Below, in pieces: positions 16,401 to 30,500 of a stretch of 64,000 nucleotides of DNA. A model generated the notes under the pieces. That model was not told the origin of the DNA. It was given only the letters and a program-made list of their open reading frames with translations, and did not search any database. The number at the start of each line of letters is the position of its first letter. Position 1 is the first letter of the stretch. Both the position numbers and the translations under genes were made by a program. The DNA is from the human T2T-CHM13v2.0 reference genome, Homo sapiens, in NCBI RefSeq assembly GCF_009914755.1, contig NC_060935.1. One strand, given 5' to 3'.

Positions 16401-17647
16401 AGCACAAAAGCAGCTATAGACAACACATAAATGAATGAACATGGCTGTGTTCCAATAAAACTTTATTTGTGATATTAATATTTTAATTTTATATAATTGT
16501 ATGTGTCATGAAATATTCTTTTGACTTTTTCCCAAAACATTAATAATGTAAAGACAATTCTTAACTTGCAGACCACATCAAACAAAGACATGCACACACA
16601 TACAAACAAAAAACAGGTGGCAGGCTAGATTTAGCAGATCATAGTTTGCTGACCTCTGACTTACACTAATAAGAGCTCATTCCTGGAGCGTGGTTTCAGT
16701 CCCTAAATTATGTTGCTGTTGTATAATGAAGGAGACATGGAATGGATAGGAAGTCAACTTCAGTATGCTCTACTAACAGCTTGGTGTTTTTGAGGGTCTG
16801 CAAGAAGTGTAGTTTAGCTGGGACTGTGGACAGTGAGGCTTACAACATCTGTGTGGTGCTCCATGGTGGACAAAGCCTGCACCAACAGTTTCTGGGCAAC
16901 ACTTCTCCCTATCTGGGAACTGCCATGACTCCCTCCCAGCTTAACCAATATATAATTAATTCTTTAAAATAATGGCAATGGGCTGAGAAATATTTCCCTC
17001 ACTTCCAGGTAACACCCAAACCCATACATTTTAGCAGGGCCTTCCTGCTCCCACTTTTGTTGTTAGACCCAGAGGAGTTCTGCAATTAGTCAGTTAGTCC
17101 GTAAGTAGTCATTGAAACACTTACTAGCTTTGCAGTCCCCATGGGTGCAATAGGGAAGCAAAGGAATTGAATGATCCTCCTATATAGTCAAGGCATGGCA
17201 TACAAAACATACACACAAAAATCTTCCCAAATTCTACAGCACAGAGCTGCCTGGGTGATGGTGGCATGATAAAATTACCTTAACTCCCAGCATCTGTTTA
17301 TGCCACATAGTGAAAGTTAATGAGGGCTGACCCTCAGCAAAACTGGGAAGTCACCCAAAGTTAAGCTTCTGGCTCTAGCCATCCTTTCTAAAAACACGTT
17401 ACCTCTTTTAGTGGCAAACTGTTTCTCAGTCCCATCACTGTATCAGGCCCTGTCTCTTCTCTGACCTTGCTCCATCCTTTATAAACAAAGATCTGCCATT
17501 GGCCAGTCCTACTTGAGGCTGGCTGACAAGGTATACTTTCTTTTGGATGAATTTCATTTATTTGTTCTCTTATGCTATGTATGCATTTAAGTATTTTGTG
17601 CCTAATTCTATATTTTATGCAGTGAGAGACTTTGACTCTGGGGAAGT

Positions 17648-17990
17648 GCCATGGTCTCAATGTTTGTGTCTGCCCCGCCCCTGCCAAACTCATGTATACT
17701 TAACCTCTAATGTGTTAGTATTAGGAGGTGAGGACTTTGGGACATGATTAGGTCATGAAGGTAGAGCCCTTCTGGTGGGATTCGTATCCTATAAAGCAAG
17801 TCCCAGATAATTGCCTTGCTCTTTCTACCATGTGATTATACAGCTGGATGTGCTACCTATGAACCAGAAAGCAGGCCCTCACTGGACACTGCATCTGCCA
17901 GCACTCCATAACTGTGAGAAATGAATTTCTGTTGTTTATAAGTCACCTAGTTTATGGTATTTTGTTATAGCAGCCCAAATGGACTGTAAC
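17648..17990 (+). mobile_element. MaLR LTR (MLT1A-like)
   Basis: tggtctcaatgtttgtgtc...gtattaggaggtgagg...tgagaaatgaatttctgttgtttataag...gcagcccaaatggactgtaaca. Confidence 0.82.
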
Positions 17991-19178
17991 AGAAAATTGG
18001 TACCAAGAAGTGAGGGTGCTGCTCTAACAAATACCTAAAATGTGGAGTCAACTTTGGAACTGGGTAATGGGTAGAGGCTGGAAGAGTTTTGAGGTGCATA
18101 CTAGAAAAAACTTACATTGCCAAGAACAGACTGTTAAGGGTGATCCTGATGAGGGCTCAAAAGAGGAGAACCACAGAGAAAACTTCAGTCTTTGTAGAGA
18201 TTAGCTAAGTGGTCATGAACTGAATGTTGGTAGAAATATGGAAGATAGAGGCCATCCCAATGAAATTTCAGGCAGAAATGAGGAATATGTTATTGGACAA
18301 TGGAGGAGTGGAGGAGAGGACATCCTTCTTATAAAGTGGCAAAGAATGTGGCTGAATTGTGTTTGTGTTCTAATATTGTAATATAGAAGGTCTAACTTGT
18401 GAGCAATGAAACTGGATATATGACTGAGGAAATTTCTAAGCAAAGTGTTGAAGATGTGGCTTGGCTTATGAGTGCTTATAGTGATATTCGAGAGGAAAGA
18501 AATGGAACAAGACAGAACTTACAATCAAAGGGAAAGGAGAATTTAAATATTTAGAAAATCCCCAGTCTATCTGTATTGTAAAGAATGAGAAAGTGTGTTG
18601 AGAGAGAACACTAAGGGTGTAAACAGGTAACTCTTTGATAGGGAGATTGGTATGCTATCTCAGTGGAATCCAGGACCTATTATACAAGACAATGGAAGAA
18701 TGACCCATAAGACATTTCAGGGATCATCAGCACTTATCTCCATCACTATAGCTGCCCCAGGTGTGGCTCCAGTGGGTGCAGGTATGTGGGGGCATAGCTG
18801 CCTTCACCTAGATTTCAAAGGATGCTCTTGAGAGCCATAGAGCTCAGGCAGAAAATTGCTGCAGGAGTGAGATCACCATGGAGAACCCCCACTTGGGCAA
18901 TTGCCCAGTAGAACCACAGGGGTAGAACTACCCTCATGATCACAGATTGGTAGAAATGGCAGTGATTCTAGTCCAGAGGAGCTTCAAGCATGTGACTTCA
19001 ACCTCTGAGGGCTATAGTGTGGGTTGTACCCAAAAAAGCCAAAAGGACAGGACTGCCCAAAGCCTTTGGGGCAGGACCACTCAGAGCCTTGTGGGCTCAG
19101 CCTCTGCCCCAGTGTGTCTAGAAGGCAGGAACTCTGCCCTAACAGGTCTAGCGGCCAGAGCCTTGAGTCAGAAGATTA
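17991..19178 (+). mobile_element. MaLR internal sequence
   Basis: Starts gaaaattggtacca directly after the LTR; contains actttggaactgggtaatgggtagaggctggaagagtt. Confidence 0.78.
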
Positions 19179-19179
19179 T

Positions 19180-19387
19180 TGTCTTAGTTCATTCCTACTG
19201 CTATTTAAAAAACAAACAAACAAACAAAAAACAAAAAAAACCTTAGAATGAGTAATATATAAAGAATATAAATTTATTATATTTCTCAGAATTCCAGAGG
19301 CGGGGAAGTCCAAGATTACACAGCCAGTATATTAGATGTCTAGTGAGGGCCTGTTTCATGCATGGCATTTTCTCCTGGCATCCTCAA
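19180..19387 (-). mobile_element. MaLR LTR fragment (MST/MLT1A-like), opposite orientation
   Basis: tgtcttagttcatt...aagtccaagat...tctagtgagggcctg. Confidence 0.65.
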
Positions 19388-20009
19388 ATAAAAATTAGAT
19401 TTTCTTGAGCACCTACTGCATGCTAGGCTCTGTAGTAAGTAAGTATTGGGGATGACAAGAGGAGAACTACTGTATATTCCCCATCCTCTGTTATCATGCA
19501 GTGATTAAGAGCCAGGATGGGAATTAGGGCAGGAAACAGTGGCTTAGTGCCTTCAACTCAGGCTAAGGAGGTCAAAAAAGGAGATGGTCTGCAAGCTTGA
19601 ACTAGGCTGGTAGGTGAGAACAGGTGGTGTATGTGCGCGTGTGTGTGTGTGTTACATGGGAGAAATGAGAACATTTTATATTGTGGGGAGAAGGAGAGAA
19701 GGGAAGATGAAGTTTTGGGAGAGAGGGCATGGGAAGAAAGGGGAAGGAATGGGATCTAGCATGCTGCTGGAAGGATTGGCCTTACACAGGGGAGGGATAC
19801 CTCTTCCCTGGGACAGAAGGGAAAGTGGGTCCAAGTGCTGGTGCATTCATTCATTCATTCATCTAGTCATCTAGTCACATCAACTCATTAAATATTTATT
19901 GAATCCTGTGATTGGCCAATATTACTATGCTAGGCAATGAGGATATAAAGTTGACAATAATAAATTCAGTGCATATTTGTTGAGCATCTAGAGATTGAGT
20001 ACTATTCCA

Positions 20010-20240
20010 ACAATAATAGCAGTATTATTGAGGATTGATCATATGCCTGTTTTTGTTTGAAATTTTTCCATATTTTATTTAATCATCATAACAGTAGATG
20101 TTGATATTTTCACTTGTTTTTGATGGTCAAACTGGGACATAGAGATTAGGTAACCTGCACAAGGCCACATGGCTAAGAAGGAGCAGAGACAGCCTTTGTG
20201 TCTAGTCAGCCTGTGGTCTGAAGCCCACCCTTGTACCCAT
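20010..20240 (-). mobile_element. MIR
   Basis: aactgggacatagagattaggtaacctgcacaaggccacatggctaag. Confidence 0.6.
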
Positions 20241-20329
20241 CAAATGTTCTGCCTCAAGAAGCTTGTCTAGCCCAGCTGGAGTAGACAGATACACAGACAA
20301 ATAATTAAAATACAGCAGATGTCTATTTC

Positions 20330-21090
20330 CGACAGTGTGGTTGACTAGATAATATGAAAACTCCTCTTCTATAAAATACCAGGAAATGCTGGATAAAATG
20401 TAATAACAAACATTTTTGAGAAGCTAGCTGAGCAAGAAGGAGCAACAGGAAAACCACCAGGGACCAAACACGGAGAGAAAGCTGAAAGCTGAAGTGGTAA
20501 GCGTGCGAATGGATGCAGTGGCAGCCTGGAGTGGGGAAGTGGGGGTGTTGCTCCTCAGGAAATTCCAGGGATTTGGATTTTATTGTTCAAGGAAAGATAG
20601 GAGGCAAAACCTTGGAACTGTGTTAGGCGAGAGTTAGAATTGAGAACCCCACATAAAGGCAGTGCTTTCAAGGCCACGCCCTTGGTGAAATGAGGACTGT
20701 AAAACAGCTGACTCATAGGTAGAGGGGATAAACTGGGCTCTGAGTTAGAAAAAATTGTCCCCTGGGACTTTATAACCACAGACTACTCTCAAAGGGTTTG
20801 AAGTTTAAACTTATACCCTCTGCTGGTCCAAGAATTACCAAGTTAAAACATTTGTATAGAAAGTGGTCACAGGCTGGTAATGCTCCTGAAGTTTCTGACA
20901 GAAGCAAAACAAAACCCTCAAGTGAACAAACCATCTACCTTGGCCACAAAGGATTCCCACAGAAAAAGCCCCACTGACAATGAGCTCGCAATCCAAAATT
21001 CAATAACAAAGAGGAAAGCAACCCCTGCAAATGAGTCAGCAGAAGCTACAAACATCAGGATTAGACCCTCAGAAGGTACAGCCAATTGCG
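20330..21090 (+). mobile_element. Possible ancient L1M 5'-region fragment
   Basis: aaatgctggataaaatg motif and A-rich composition; weak recognition. Confidence 0.35.
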
Positions 21091-21282
21091 TCACCAGACA
21101 GAGCTGATCACAGCACCATCTAATCATTTTTTCATGCTGGAAGGATGCTGAGTCTAGGAGAAAGAGCTCTGCCTGGAGGAGCCAGAGAAGGGCTCCCCAG
21201 GTCATGTTTGAGCAGATACTGAAGAATTGGTAGGAGTTTGCGAAAGGGAGTGCTAGGGAGGTGGCTTTAGGGTTAGAGAGCT

Positions 21283-21690
21283 GTGTATTAGGGTTCTTTA
21301 GAGAAACAGAACCAGCTCTGTGTGTGTGTGTATTTGTGTGTGTGGAGAGAGAGATTGAGACTGACTGATATTAAGGAATTGGCTCACATGGTTATGGAGA
21401 CTGGCAAGTTCAATCTGCAGGGCAGGCCAGCAGGCTGGAGACCCAAGGAGGATTGCAGGTCAGGTCAAAAGGCAGAAGTCTGGAGACAGAATTCCCTTTT
21501 TGGGGGGACCTCAGTCTTTTTCTTCTCTTAAGTAAGTCCTTCAGCTGATTGGATAAGACCCAGTCACATTATGGAGAGCCATCTGCTTCACCCAAAGTCT
21601 ACTGATTTAAATGTTAATCATATAAAAAATACCTTCATCTAGACTGGTGTTTGGCCAAACATTCAGGCACTGTAGCCTAACCCAGGTCCT
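21283..21690 (-). mobile_element. MLT2 (ERVL) LTR
   Basis: tgtattagggttctttagagaaacagaacc...aaggaattggctcacatggttatggag...actgatttaaatgttaatca. Confidence 0.85.
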
Positions 21691-23529
21691 TATAGTCTGC
21701 ATTCTCTCTGTGAATAGGGAGGTGGGGTGATCTGTGGAGGGGAAAGATATCAGGGTGGCTGGGAAGCCGAGAGGAGTGGGGACTCTGAGCTGGTAATGGT
21801 TAAGTCCGTTGACAAGGCTGCTGGACCATTTGGGGGCCCAGCTGAGTGTGAGGGAGTGTGTGAATACACGCATGAACAAATAGAAACCTAAATGACAGCA
21901 GAGGGCCTACTGATGCGGCATGAGTGACACTCTACCACAGGGGTGAGAGACGAGATAAAGATGGGGCTAGGCACAGAGAGGTGTGTGTGTGTGGTGTCAG
22001 ATGTGTGGAGGCACCCAGCAATCCTTCCTTCCCTTCCCCTCCTCTGCCCTTGGCATCCCAGAGGGGCAGTTTATGTTTTCAGCACTTCTAACTTATGTGA
22101 GTTGGTGTTTAAGGAGGGCCTTGTAACATGGCTCCTTCTTGTCCACTGTCCTGGAAAACACCCTGGGCCTCTGTATTTCTTCTGCCTCTGGTCTGCTGGC
22201 AAGCCCAGAGCTCCGGCTGTTAAGAACCTGCCCTCCATTGAAGAATCTGGACTCATACACATGAAATGGCACACAAGCCATACAAGAGAGCCCCCCTAAG
22301 TGGTGAAATGTCTGATGACGGGGAGGAGGAGGAAGGACCTGAGAGACACAGCTGGGTTGGGCAGCAAGAGGACAGGGAATCAGGCAGCCTGGGTTCTGGT
22401 CCCGACTCTTCCCTTTATCACTGATGTGACTTGGGTAGAGTCCCTACCTCTCAGACCTTACAGGGCTATCTTAGGATCTAACATGTTCATGAATATTGAA
22501 AGTGTTTTGGAAAGTATAAAACATGACCATAATGACAGGTACTATTTGGAAATGCTTACTACGTGTATGGAACAAAGAAAAAGAGAATTTACAGTGTACT
22601 GATTAGGATGGGGCAGCGATGAGATTTTTACAAATTATCCTAGCAGGAAGACCTTGACTAATACCCGTCATATTCAGAGCCTGTGGCCGGCACTTTCTTT
22701 GCAGTTTCTTATTTAAACCTGATGACAATCCGACAATCCTGATGAGAACTCTTGGTTCAGACCAATCAAATAACTTGCCTAAGGGCAAAAACTAAATGGT
22801 CTAGCTGAAATTGGAGTTTGTGAGAGCCAAGCTCAGGGCTTCCTTACCACACGGTGCTACCTCTTGGGGTATTTGTGAGATACTTTTATTATTACCACTG
22901 GGGTCAGGCTGAGCCCTCTTTTGCCACCTGGTTGCCCCTAGAGCCTCCCCTGGCAGGCTGCATCCTGCAGTGGCTGATTGGGAAGCCTTCCCTGAGAAGG
23001 CATCTCTCAGTTTGACTAAGGACCTGGGTACCTACGACCTTCTTAAAAGTGTTAATAACACTTAATAAATGTGGCGGAGAAAGGTCAGCCTCCCAGTGTT
23101 GTGCCAATAAGAGATAAACCTGCCCAGAAACATCTGCTCTCTGTTATTGTTGTGCAGACGTGGCTGCAATGTCCTCTGATTAGTTCATGAATTAAGTGGA
23201 GGGAAGCAGTAAAACTGACTGCGTGCTCACATCTCTACCGCACCTCTGGGACCGCGTGGACCAGAGTGCCAGGTGGGGAGAGCTGCCAGCCCCAGGAGCC
23301 GGAGGAAGGGCTGTGTCTGCCCTCGCTCAGAGGGAAGCTGAGTTCCAGGCATTCTTTCCACCTGCTGGGCATTGGAGAGGAGGAGTTGGAGTTCCCCCTC
23401 TTTTTTGCCTGACCTCATTGGGAATCTCTGATTAGTAACCTTTGTAGAAGGGACACCCTCCATGTCTGCTGCAGTCTTTGTCCTGAAGGCAGGAGATCAC
23501 TGGATGCTCTTAGAGGGGAATTAGGCTGT

Positions 23530-24040
23530 AAGAACAATGTATTGCTTTGTAACAAGTTATCCCAAGACTTAGCTGGCTTAAAACAAGAACGATTTGTTGT
23601 CTCACACAGTCTCTGAGGGTCAGGAATGTGGGAGCTGCTTAGCGAGTGTTTCTGGCGCAGGGTCACTCTCAAGCTGTTGGGCTGAGGCTGCAGCCATCCC
23701 AAGGCTTGACTGGGGCTGGAAAGTCCACTCCCAAGCTCAGTCAAGGTGTTGTCGGGCCTCTCGGTTCCTTGGTTCCTGTTGGCTGGAGGCCTTAGCACCT
23801 GGCGGTGTGGGTCTCTCCATAGGCCTCTTCACAGCAGGGCAGCCGGCTCTCCGCAGAGCAAGAGACAAGAGAGAGAAGAGTCCCCTTACATAGAAGTGGC
23901 AGTTTCAGAAGCAACATCCCATGATTTCTGCCATGTGCTGTTGGGCAAATCAACCCCCATTGTGTTCAGGGAGCTACGAGGGGGGTGTGAGTACCAGGAG
24001 GCAGAGGTCCTCAGGCATCCTTGGGGGCTGGCTATGACGA
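23530..24040 (-). mobile_element. MLT1 (F-H-like) MaLR LTR
   Basis: tattgctttgtaacaagttatcccaagacttagctggcttaaaacaa...gggtcaggaat...ggcttgactggggctgga. Confidence 0.75.
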
Positions 24041-24461
24041 AGGCCTGGCAGGAACCTGTGCTGCTCGGGTGATGTAGGGAACTAGAAACTTCACCTGCGA
24101 GTCTTCCCTCCCATTCTAAAAACACCGACGCGGGTTTCTTCAAAGTTTATCTTTGAGATAAAGTCCAGGTCCCTTTCAATGGCTTACAAGGTGCTTCACA
24201 GCCCCCCAATACCTCTAACACATTTTCTGCTCTTTTCTCCAGTCACCCCCATTCCAGCTACACAAACAGTTTGGTGTCATTTCTCTGTGACCATGGACCT
24301 GCAATTTCCCTTCTCCAACCAGTAGATTTCTATCTTACAACTTGGTTTAGCCCATCTCCTCCTTTGTGAAACCTTCCTGGGCAACTTCCCAGAAAGATGG
24401 GGGCTCTCCCAGTGCCCCATAGTCACATTGTACCTCCGCTCCAGCCGCCATTCATGTCTTA

Positions 24462-25010
<549 letters not shown>

Positions 25011-26859
25011 TTACTCAGGGAAGGCCTTGCCGCTCAGGTGACAAGGACCGGAGACCAGTACTAAGTGAGGCATTGAACTGGGAGGATATCTGGGAACAAC
25101 ATTCAATGCCTATCATGTTATAATGATTTGCTTTTGTTTCCACACAAGTCTGTAAGTTCCTCGAAGGCAGGGACCATGAATACATCAATTATGTCAATTT
25201 CACGTCCCCACTGCTTAGCATGGTAGAGGCCTGATGAATAAGGAATGTGCTTTTGATGTGTAGGAGTTGAAAAGTGTCTTTGAGAGACAGGATCGGGACT
25301 CTAACAAACTTCCAGAGGCACTAGGACGCTGACTGGGGGAGAAACACGAGAGAAGATAAATTTGTTTTGTGGATTAAAGACTCATTCCGTTTATATCCCT
25401 ATGCCTTATAGACAAGGTGAGATGAAAATAAATTTAAATAAAGACTTTAGTTTGTATTTAATGATGTGGTTATTAGGCTGCATTTGGCAATGTGTCACCT
25501 GATTTAAAACATAAAGTTTTAAAATCGGCTTTTTCAAACACTGATTTACCCTTTGGGTCTGCCAGCTCTAATAATAAATAAAGCAAAAGCTGACCTCATT
25601 ACCAACAGATTCATGGAGTGGGCTAACATTTGGTAGATTACCCAGTTCTGGATGCTGAGAAATGAAGGCCACCAAATGACTAATTCTGATGGGGAATTGG
25701 GAGCTGAGGTCACATTTGCAGCCAAGTTCATTACACAGGGGCCGATGAGCCCCTCCTTCATATCAGTGGGGCCTCAGCTCTTTCTGCATTCTTAGAACAG
25801 GGCAGCCTATGGATGCCTTTGTTTGGCTCAGGCAGCTCTGAAGTGCCAGACAATAAGGAGGCCAGGTGGGAGAAAGAGCTGACTCAGAACTGGTGTGAGG
25901 TGCCTTTGTGAGTCCAGAGGGTGCAGAACTTCTCAGACTCACGGCGGGGCTCCACATCTCAGGCCCCCTGCTGTTCAGCCCCTGCTCTGAGAGCACCTTG
26001 ACTGCTCTCCTGTCAGCTGGGGAGGTGAGCGCCGACTTAGTGGGACAGGTGCACCAGGACCTCAGTTGTGGGTTCATTCCTTCATGATTGAGGGGCAGGA
26101 CTGCGAGAAAGATGTGATTGACTGGACATGATTTCCTGTCCTCTGAGAAGTCACATGGAGGTGTGAGTCCTGTGACAGACAGGGGACCGACCAACCATTC
26201 TTGGAGAAGGTAGTCCGCAGGCCTTCTGTGAGCCAGGGCGAAGGAAGGTGAAGAGAGAAGCCTCCATATCATGTCTGTCCTTACCCTGAGAGGCCAAGCA
26301 GAGTGAGCCGGTCAGGAGCTGGAGAAAGGGCAGCTGGTGGGTGGGTCCCTTCAGAGGAAAGGGCATTTCAGGATGGCATCCCCTTTAAAGGGCAAGTACC
26401 CTGGTTGGGGGCATGGTGGAAGAAGAAGGTGAATTGGGCAAGGAATCAGTTGACTGCTAGCCAGGGGCAAGAAGGCCTGGGTGCCACATGTCAGCAACCA
26501 CACCATTCTGGAACAAGGGTGAGGCTACATTTCCAGCAGTGGGAGCCTGCACCCAGAAGTCACATAGACCTGGATTCAAAGTCGTGGTGAAATTGGTCAA
26601 GTGATTTAAGGACTCTATTTTCTTTATCATCATCTGCAAAGTAATAATAATAATAATAATGCCCACCATATAAGGCAGAAAATGTTGGTTTTTCCCTCTA
26701 TACCTAAATCATGAGGCAGGAATCTTCCTCAAATCAAATCATTGCTTCTCACTCTCTCCTTGCCTGTTTTCTTTCTCTTAGCTAGGCAGGTAGTATTTCT
26801 ACATCACTTAGCACATGAAAGGTGATTTACTTTATAGAACATTCCACAAGCATTGTGAT

Positions 26860-27130
26860 ACACTAGACAGAGCGTTGGTAGAGCAGGAGATCTGGATTTT
26901 AGCTTTAATTCCTCAACATGTCTGCTGTGTGACCTTGAGTTGGGGCAGCCTGTGGATGCCTTTGTATTGGCTTAGGCAGCTCTCAAGTGCCAGACAATGA
27001 GGAGGCAATTTTTCTGGACTTCAGAATACTCATCTGTGAAGTGGGAATAGTACTATTTTACTCTAATCTCCTAGATTATCATGAGATACAAATGAGACAC
27101 ATGTGTGAATGTGCTTTGTAAACTCTTTGG
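26860..27130 (+). mobile_element. MIR carrying a 64-bp non-MIR insertion
   Basis: ctgctgtgtgaccttg [insertion] ...ctcatctgtgaagtgggaatag...aatgtgctttgtaaact. Confidence 0.7.
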
Positions 27131-27139
27131 GCATTTTAA

Positions 27140-28222
<1,083 letters not shown>

Positions 28223-28344
28223 AAAAGAAGACACAGTATTAGTCATTTATACAAGTAATTGATTTATTGATCTAATTATATTGAGGGACTGAAACAAAAA
28301 TTGTGGGCATGGGGTCTGGCAATTTGTGGGGTTTTAAAAAAATT

Positions 28345-28646
28345 ATTATTTTTTATTTTCTAGAGATAAATTCTTACTCTGTCACCCAGGCTAGAGTGCA
28401 GAGTTGCAACCTTGGCTCACTACAGCCTCAACTTCTTGGGCTCAAGCCATCCTCTCACCTCAGCCTCCTGAGTTGCTGGGACCACAGGCAAGTGCCACCA
28501 TGCCCAGCTAACTTTTGTATTTTCTGTAGAGACAGGGGTCTCACTATATCGTCCATGCTGTTCTTGAACTCTTGAGCTTAAGCAGTCCTCCCACCTTGGC
28601 CTCCCAAAGTGCTGAGATTGCAGGCATGAGCCACCGTGCCCTGCCC
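28345..28646 (-). mobile_element. AluJ
   Basis: cagcctcaacttcttgggctcaagccatcctc (J-type). Confidence 0.9.
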
Positions 28647-28839
28647 TGTCTGTGTCTTCACAAGCCCTCTAGGTGACTCTGATGGGCACTCAAATTGGTG
28701 CAGAGGGATGCAAGCGGATGAAGCTGGCAGTGCGTGAGGGTGGTCTCTGGAAGCCTAGAATCAGGTTCAGGACTTTGGGCTAGGTTTAGAACCCTCCAGT
28801 GACTGTTAATCACACCTGGAATAAGACAGATTCTCACCA

Positions 28840-29578
<739 letters not shown>

Positions 29579-29777
29579 GCCAGTATGACTTTTTTATTCA
29601 GCAGACATTGGGATGCTCTGAGGTTGTTCTGAATAGTGAAGCAGCCCCGTCAAAGGGTGCCTTCTGTGGAGATTCCTCCCGTGGCTATGTGTAGGGGGTG
29701 CTGAAGCAGGAGGGCTCTGAAATGAGGGAAACTAGGGACACCAAGAGTTGAGTTGTGACATGAAAAGGGTCCACGCC

Positions 29778-30166
29778 GGTGGTTCTAAGCTGGGGGCAAT
29801 TTCTCCCCCTCTCCCTCCTCCAGTGGACTTTTGGCAGTATCTGGAGGCATTCTTAGTTGTCACAACTGGGGAGGGTGCTACTGGCATCTACTGCATCCTC
29901 ACAAGGCAGGAGGGCAAGTTTCTGCCTTCCGAAGAGTGCATGAGGCCTCTTTATAAGGGCCTTAATCACACTCACGAGGGAGGAGCCCTGGTGACCTAAC
30001 TACCTCTTAAAATCCCCACTGCTTACTACCTTCACATTGGGGACCCCTGAAATTTGAAAAGAGACACATTCAAACCGTCGCCCTAGCGATGCTGCTGAAC
30101 TCCCTACAATGCAGACAGCAGCCCCCCCACAGAGAATTACCCAGCCCCACGTCAGTAGTGCTGAAT
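29778..30166 (+). mobile_element. MER20 (hAT) split by a MaLR LTR fragment (~29891-30081)
   Basis: ggtggttct..gggggcaattt...gttgtcacaactggggagggtgctactggcatcta | LTR piece | gatgctgctgaactccctacaatgcagacagcagcccccc. Confidence 0.75.
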
Positions 30167-30369
30167 ATTTCCAAGTCGGCAGAATAGGATTGTTCCCCTC
30201 TCTGTGCCTACGGTTAGGACTTTAAATCTCTTTGGCCACAGAGTGGGAAGACCACGAGAACAGGAGTTCCTCTGAGAATGTGCGTGCATCAAACTCTGCT
30301 TCTGTCTTTCTCTATTTTCTGCTTGGCGCTGCCTCCTGCTCTGTCTTGCTAATCCTGTATTTCTGTTCT

Positions 30370-30500
30370 CCCCCTTTCTTCCCTTCCTCCTCTTCTCTCC
30401 TGCCTTCCTCTTTCCTTCCTTCTCGCCTTCCCTGTTCCCTTCCCTCTTGTCTGTTTCCTCTTCTTCCTTTCTCCCTCTGCTCCCTCTCCCTTTGTCCCCC
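30370..30500. repeat. CT-rich low-complexity tract
   Basis: Directly visible. Confidence 0.8.

Noticed and set aside
18870-18890. REST/RE1-like half sites (also 29698, 3804, 62401)
   Set aside because: No complete TCAGCACCnnGGACAG match was found by eye.
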